Shown: piece after piece, positions 59,659-64,000 of the stretch
How the letters are laid out: every line of letters starts with the position of its first letter
Position numbering within the stretch: the stretch's first letter is position 1
Virus record (IMG/VR): IMGVR_UViG_3300032240_001667
Location: 15,104-79,103 of that record
DNA: 64,000 bases
Direction: 5' to 3' (one strand)
DNA from: a virus
Translations under genes and position numbers: made by a program
The notes under the pieces: generated by a model
Database searches by the model: none
Told to the model about the DNA's origin: nothing
What the model saw: the letters and a program-made list of their open reading frames with translations, nothing else

Positions 59659-59955
59659 ATGGTAAAAAAAATAGAAGAAGTTATAGAAGAACCAACTCAA
59701 GTTGGATCTGGAGCAATTGCAAGTGTAAATAATATTTTAATGCGTATTGTTGCGGTATTTGCGGCATCTGGATTGAGCGTCATCGGAGCAGGTGCTGTTG
59801 TAGGAATTAGCACAGTTAAGGCTGTTATTCTTGCAGGTACTCTTGGAGTTGCTACAGTAGTTGAAAGACTTGCTCGTGGATTCCTTGATGATGGAAAATT
59901 AACAATAAAAGAAATTAATGCAGCATTTTCAGCAGTAGACAAAAAGGCTAATTAA
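59659..59955 (+). CDS. Small membrane protein (holin-like topology)
   Basis: Two hydrophobic segments then LDDGKLTIKEIN. Confidence 0.55.
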   Translation: MVKKIEEVIEEPTQVGSGAIASVNNILMRIVAVFAASGLSVIGAGAVVGISTVKAVILAGTLGVATVVERLARGFLDDGKLTIKEINAAFSAVDKKAN

Positions 59956-59964
59956 TCATATTAT

Positions 59965-59991
59965 CCCTAGGTTTATTATATATTCCTAGGG
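59965..59991. terminator. Inverted repeat CCCTAGG...CCTAGGG, possible terminator
   Basis: 7-bp stem with 13-nt AT loop after the membrane-protein genes. Confidence 0.4.
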
Positions 59992-60047
59992 GTATTTTAC
60001 TTTGAAAAACCTATCTGGTATACTTGATGTATACGAAAGGATTCTTT

Positions 60048-60782
60048 TTGATTATCAATAAAAATTTTGATAGAAATAAAATTCAAGAATTACATGGAAA
60101 AGAACATAAATTTTTTTATAGAGATTTAGATTTAGATTTAAACAAAATTTCAAAAGTTTTACATTTTCAATATGAAAGAATTAAAAAAGCAGAAATGCGT
60201 GGTGTACTACCAGTAGATTTTGATCATCCAGACCGTGAAATATTTATGGAGTCAAATTCTTTTTCAACAATAAAGTCTAGAGAATATAATGCTTTTCAAA
60301 TGTATTACCCATTTATTCATGACATATATTCTTCAGTTGTTGATATGACAATAGAAGCCTGTAAATATTATAATATTGATTATAATGCACAAAAATATTA
60401 TTGTCAGGCTTGGTTTAATATTAACAATAAAAATAATGGTGGAAAGTTAAATTGGCATGACCATGTAACAGAAAATGAATTAGATTCTACAACTTTTCAT
60501 GGATATTATTCTATTAATGCAGAACCATCAGAAACTCATTACATGGTTGATGGTGAAGTTAAAATAAATAAAAATATAAATAATAGAGTTATTATGTCTA
60601 GAGTTGGCTATCAACATGCGATGCAAGATTGGGACTGGGAAGGTCCTAGAATAACAATGGCTTTTGATGTGACACCACTAGAGGGAATAAGGCAAGATTT
60701 ATTTCATTTAAGTAAAATGAAAGAACATGAAACTTTTTGGGAACAACATTATTTTCCTTTGCCACAGTTGAAAAACATATAG
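60048..60782 (+). CDS. 2OG-Fe(II) oxygenase-like protein
   Basis: QAWFNIN..LNWHDH..FHGYYSINA..QHAM..RITMAFD; TTG start after GAAAGG. Confidence 0.65.
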   Translation: MIINKNFDRNKIQELHGKEHKFFYRDLDLDLNKISKVLHFQYERIKKAEMRGVLPVDFDHPDREIFMESNSFSTIKSREYNAFQMYYPFIHDIYSSVVDMTIEACKYYNIDYNAQKYYCQAWFNINNKNNGGKLNWHDHVTENELDSTTFHGYYSINAEPSETHYMVDGEVKINKNINNRVIMSRVGYQHAMQDWDWEGPRITMAFDVTPLEGIRQDLFHLSKMKEHETFWEQHYFPLPQLKNI

Positions 60783-60796
60783 TTTTGTGCTAAACT
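60768..60796 (+). promoter_or_regulatory. Promoter TTGAAA-N17-TAAACT (with TG extension)
   Basis: Upstream of the Ntn-hydrolase gene. Confidence 0.55.
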
Positions 60797-60821
60797 TAAA
60801 TATAACAAAGGGGGATAGTGT

Positions 60822-61346
60822 ATGACATGTATTGCAGTCGTACGCCATGATGATAAAATATACATGGCTGGAGATCGAGGTGCTTCAGATGAAGGCACTA
60901 TCCTTTCTTTGGATGCACCAAAGGTTTGGAAAATTGGACCATATTTAATTGGTTATGCTGGATCTATGGATGGTGAAAGAATTAGGTATAATTTTAAACC
61001 AACCCCACCCAACATTAAAGATACTGATAAGTTTATGCAAACTAGATTTATTAAAGAACTTCGTGAATTTTATAATGAGTTTTGGGTTGATACAACAAAA
61101 GATGCAGACCTTGGTTTAATTATTGCAGTTCGTGGTGAAATATATGAACATAGTTCTGCAGATATGTCTTTATCTAAATATACTCTTCCATATTTAGCAA
61201 TGGGTTCAGGAGCGGAATATGCTTATGGTGTTTTATATGCAACTGATAAACAAAAAAATGCAAGGAATAGAGTAGTTCAAGCAGTGAATGCAGCAATTAA
61301 GTTTAATCCATCTTGTATGGGTCCAGTTGACATAGTAAGCATGTAA
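60822..61346 (+). CDS. Ntn-hydrolase, HslV/proteasome beta-like peptidase
   Basis: MTCIAV (Thr nucleophile), AGDR, PKVWK, GYAG, AMGSG..YA.G. Confidence 0.75.
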   Translation: MTCIAVVRHDDKIYMAGDRGASDEGTILSLDAPKVWKIGPYLIGYAGSMDGERIRYNFKPTPPNIKDTDKFMQTRFIKELREFYNEFWVDTTKDADLGLIIAVRGEIYEHSSADMSLSKYTLPYLAMGSGAEYAYGVLYATDKQKNARNRVVQAVNAAIKFNPSCMGPVDIVSM

Positions 61347-61355
61347 GGGTATACT
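61327..61355 (+). promoter_or_regulatory. Promoter TTGACA-N17-TATACT, leaderless start at 61362
   Basis: Consensus elements; ATG 6 nt after the -10. Confidence 0.7.
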
Positions 61356-61361
61356 TAATAT

Positions 61362-61565
61362 ATGAATCACACACATGATGATTTATCACCAGAAGAACAA
61401 GAGTTTAATATTTGGTTGTCAAATGGTATTGATCGTGGTTGGATAACACCACCATACTGCAATACACACGATGGCGGATATGAATATATTGGTGAAGAAG
61501 AAGCAGAAGAATGGGAAGCAGGGGGCGACCCATGTCAACATGTCGTCAGATTGACGATATCGTAA
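61362..61565 (+). CDS. Small hypothetical protein, possible metal binding
   Basis: GIDRGWITPPYCNTHDG...GGDPCQH. Confidence 0.6.
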   Translation: MNHTHDDLSPEEQEFNIWLSNGIDRGWITPPYCNTHDGGYEYIGEEEAEEWEAGGDPCQHVVRLTIS

Positions 61566-61582
61566 AAACGAAAAGGAATAAA

Positions 61583-62350
61583 ATGAAAAAGATCGTTGCA
61601 TTAACAGCAGTATTATTTTCAATTGTAGTACCAGTTCAAGCACACGGAGAAGAAACAAAATCTCTTGTTATTATTGACTCATATTTTCAGTCAAACATTG
61701 CACCAAACCCAATTACACCAACTGGAACTGCTTGTCCACAAACAAAGCCAGTAGTTGGTGCTACGGCATCTAGTCCATACAATCATGGTACAGCCATGTA
61801 TGCAGTTGCAAAGTTGCAAAATTCAAATATTAATATCATTCCAATCTGTGCAGCAAATTCAACTGCAGATGTTACACCAGCAATGTTTATTAATGCACTT
61901 TCATGGGTAAATAATAACTCTGCAAATATTTCTGCAGTGTCATTTTCAAGATATTTTAATCATGCCACAAAGCCATGCATGCCAATTGCCAGTGCACCAT
62001 GGACTCCAGATACAGCAGATCAAGAAATTCGCAGACTTATTATTTCTTTGAAGAGTAAAGGAATTTATGTTTTTGCGTCATCTGGAAACTTAAATAATAA
62101 AACAGTTACATATCCAGGATGTATTGCAGATACAATGTCTGTTGCACATGCTAATGAAAAAGGACAACCATTGGCTTGGTCAGATCAAAATACAAAGTTT
62201 TTTGTAAGGGTATCTGATGATGGAGCAAACTCAAACTATTCTACAGTTTTTGGATTAGTTGGACACTCTTCTTCTTCAGCAACTGCTGCTGCTGCTGCGA
62301 TGTGGGTAACTAATAAAATTCCTTTTGGAATTGTAAAGGCAAAAGCCTAG
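61583..62350 (+). CDS. Secreted subtilisin-like (S8) protease, minimal/divergent
   Basis: Signal peptide MKKIVALTAVLFSIVVPVQAHG; triad IIDS / HGT / GHSSSATA; oxyanion ASSGN; YPGC. Confidence 0.7.
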   Translation: MKKIVALTAVLFSIVVPVQAHGEETKSLVIIDSYFQSNIAPNPITPTGTACPQTKPVVGATASSPYNHGTAMYAVAKLQNSNINIIPICAANSTADVTPAMFINALSWVNNNSANISAVSFSRYFNHATKPCMPIASAPWTPDTADQEIRRLIISLKSKGIYVFASSGNLNNKTVTYPGCIADTMSVAHANEKGQPLAWSDQNTKFFVRVSDDGANSNYSTVFGLVGHSSSSATAAAAAMWVTNKIPFGIVKAKA

Positions 62351-62357
62351 AAGGTTT

Positions 62358-62430
62358 TGGGGTGTAACTCAGATGGTAGAGTGCCGAACTGTTAATTCGG
62401 ATGTCGCAGGATCGATACCTGCCACCCCAG
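62358..62430 (+). tRNA. tRNA-Asn(GTT)
   Basis: Acceptor TGGGGTG/CACCCCA, D arm ACTC/GAGT, anticodon arm CCGAA-CTGTTAA-TTCGG, T arm GCAGG/CCTGC, discriminator G, no encoded CCA. Confidence 0.9.
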
Positions 62431-62440
62431 CGAGTAAAAA

Positions 62441-63109
62441 ATGAATAGAGATGATTTTTTAAACAAAAATATTCTCGGATCTGAATATTGGGTTAATTCA
62501 GAAAATAAATCTTTTATTGAATTATGTGAAGGCAACATGCTTATGTATAATGATTGGAAGTTTCCAACACATATACAAGAAACTGAGTATAAAGATAAAG
62601 TAATTAAACCAATAAACAAATATGCTTTATATTTTTATCCAAAACCAGAATTAATTAAAAAAAATAATTGCATAGTTTTAAGACAAAAAACACATGCAGA
62701 AATATGGGTAGAACCTAAAAAAAATGGAATATATATATTAGATAGACCATGGCAAAGACAGTTTTATCCATCAAAAAATATTTATAATTTTGAAGAAGAT
62801 TGTTTTGATATGGTTTTAAGATTTTATATGCCATGGTTAATCGATGTAGATCAAAACTTTAAGATTAATTCTGTACAAGGTTCACCATTTAAAATATTGA
62901 ATGAATCCGTTTCTTTTTTTAAATTTAATTATAAAGAAAATAAAGTGGATACTCAATGGATTGATTTTTTTGTAAAAAAGAATTCAGACTACATAGATAA
63001 ATATTCTAATAAAATTTATGGCATTATACAATTAAATACCCCAATGTATGATATAATTATAGAAGATTCAAAAACAATAGAACGGATACTACTTGAGTAC
63101 AACCAATAA
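62441..63109 (+). CDS. Hypothetical protein, distant relative of the 8233/63093 family
   Basis: RFYMPWLID...SPFKI...WIDFFVKK...GIIQLNTPMYDI mirrors the C-terminal half of those proteins. Confidence 0.45.
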   Translation: MNRDDFLNKNILGSEYWVNSENKSFIELCEGNMLMYNDWKFPTHIQETEYKDKVIKPINKYALYFYPKPELIKKNNCIVLRQKTHAEIWVEPKKNGIYILDRPWQRQFYPSKNIYNFEEDCFDMVLRFYMPWLIDVDQNFKINSVQGSPFKILNESVSFFKFNYKENKVDTQWIDFFVKKNSDYIDKYSNKIYGIIQLNTPMYDIIIEDSKTIERILLEYNQ

Positions 63110-63830
63110 GATAACCTTTACTATAGGAAATCTTGATAGTTATTTTGTTGAAAACACTTTGCCACCAATTGAAGCATATAAAAAAATTCCAGATTGGTAT
63201 AAAGACCTTGCTTCATATAGAAGTGGTTCTAGTAACAACATTAAATATTTGTGTCCAGTAAATGATAGAGGACAAGATGGTTCGGATGTGTCAACAAAAC
63301 TTTGTACACCCTTTATTGACGCAATGGTTTCTGGATATATTCAACCACTATCAGAAGATGTAAATGTTAGAGTAGATGAAAATGAAAAACCATCTTTAGA
63401 ATGGAGCAGTACTCTTCAAATTATTGATGTAAGACCAAGCGTAGATTTAGCAATACCACAAGACTGTTATCCAATTCATTTTGGTTGGAAAATGGCTTGG
63501 CACTATGAAACACCTCCTGGATATTCTGTTTTAATTACGCATCCATTTAATAGGTTTGATTTGCCATTTTATGTTCCTTCTGGAATTGTTGATAGTGATA
63601 TTTGGGGCTTGCCAGTATTTTTACCATTTTTTTTAAAAAGAGGTTTTGAAGGAATAATTGAAAAAGGAACACCACAATTTCAAATGATACCAATAAAAAG
63701 AGATAAGTGGGAGTTAGAAATAGATAATTCAAAAGAAACTTTTTTAAAGCATAAAATATTAGAAGAAACTCGCCGTGCAAGTATGACAGGTCATTACAAA
63801 AAAACGGCATGGCAAAAAAAGAATTATTAG
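63093..63830 (+). CDS. DUF6065/dUTPase-like fold protein, paralog of 8233-8979
   Basis: IPDWYK, STKLCTPFIDAMVSGYI, WHYETPPGYSVL.THP.NR, GIVDSD, GIIEKGTPQFQMIPIKR. Confidence 0.6.
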   Translation: MSTTNKITFTIGNLDSYFVENTLPPIEAYKKIPDWYKDLASYRSGSSNNIKYLCPVNDRGQDGSDVSTKLCTPFIDAMVSGYIQPLSEDVNVRVDENEKPSLEWSSTLQIIDVRPSVDLAIPQDCYPIHFGWKMAWHYETPPGYSVLITHPFNRFDLPFYVPSGIVDSDIWGLPVFLPFFLKRGFEGIIEKGTPQFQMIPIKRDKWELEIDNSKETFLKHKILEETRRASMTGHYKKTAWQKKNY

Positions 63831-63863
63831 TTATGATAAACTATACTAAACAAAGGAGTAAAA

Positions 63864-64000
63864 ATGAACGAAAATAATATATATAAGTTACCAAAAACTT
63901 ATGACAAAAAACATAAATTTTTTGAAAAGTTTTTAAATAATGATTTAAATGTTTTATCAGGTTTTTTACAATTAAAATATAAAGAAATTACAGAATCAAA
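63864..64000 (+). CDS. Partial ORF, paralog of the 60048 oxygenase-like protein
   Basis: SD AAGGAG, TGATAAACT at 63834-63842; KHKFFEKFLNNDLN matches EHKFFYRDLDLDLN. Confidence 0.55.
   Translation, partial: MNENNIYKLPKTYDKKHKFFEKFLNNDLNVLSGFLQLKYKEITES

Noticed and set aside
59469-59955. Lysis cassette
   Set aside because: No endolysin recognisable nearby or elsewhere in the window; holin function cannot be supported beyond topology.
1-64000. Stop-codon reassignment
   Set aside because: Standard code gives full-length, tightly packed genes, and TAA, TAG and TGA are all used as stops.
1-64000. Prophage or host-flanking DNA
   Set aside because: No integrase, repressor/att site or bacterial housekeeping region seen; the whole window reads as phage.

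Overview
64 kb of a large, AT-rich dsDNA tailed phage (siphovirus-like, long tape measure). Essentially every real gene is on the + strand. Gene order: tail-fibre/adhesin cluster (1-8195), class II ribonucleotide reductase, head module (portal, protease/scaffold, major capsid), neck and tail module (tail tube, two chaperones, 2870-aa tape measure, tail tip), replication/recombination module (DnaB, primase, SSB, DnaE, MazG, RecA, two resolvases, Cas4-like nuclease), terminase, then an accessory region of secreted and membrane proteins, proteases, 2OG-Fe(II) oxygenases and a tRNA-Asn. The layout resembles large actinobacteriophages and uncultured freshwater actinophages; that assignment is my recollection and inference, not a database result. 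The best candidate for an undescribed system is the last fibre-cluster gene (6654-8195): FN3 domains, then a (Phe-Gly-Ala)8 hydrophobic repeat, then a C-terminal Ser-initiated Hint domain that lacks the terminal His-Asn. This looks like a self-processing adhesin tip. It sits next to one member of a dispersed set of candidate modifying enzymes. Other signals: a covarying hairpin at the same distance upstream of both Mtd_N fibre genes; tail chaperones encoded by duplication instead of a frameshift; a nested scaffold gene; non-AUG starts (ATC, ATA); many leaderless genes; and a cluster of secreted surface proteins and proteases that may remodel the host envelope. All functional calls come from motif reading; no searches were run.
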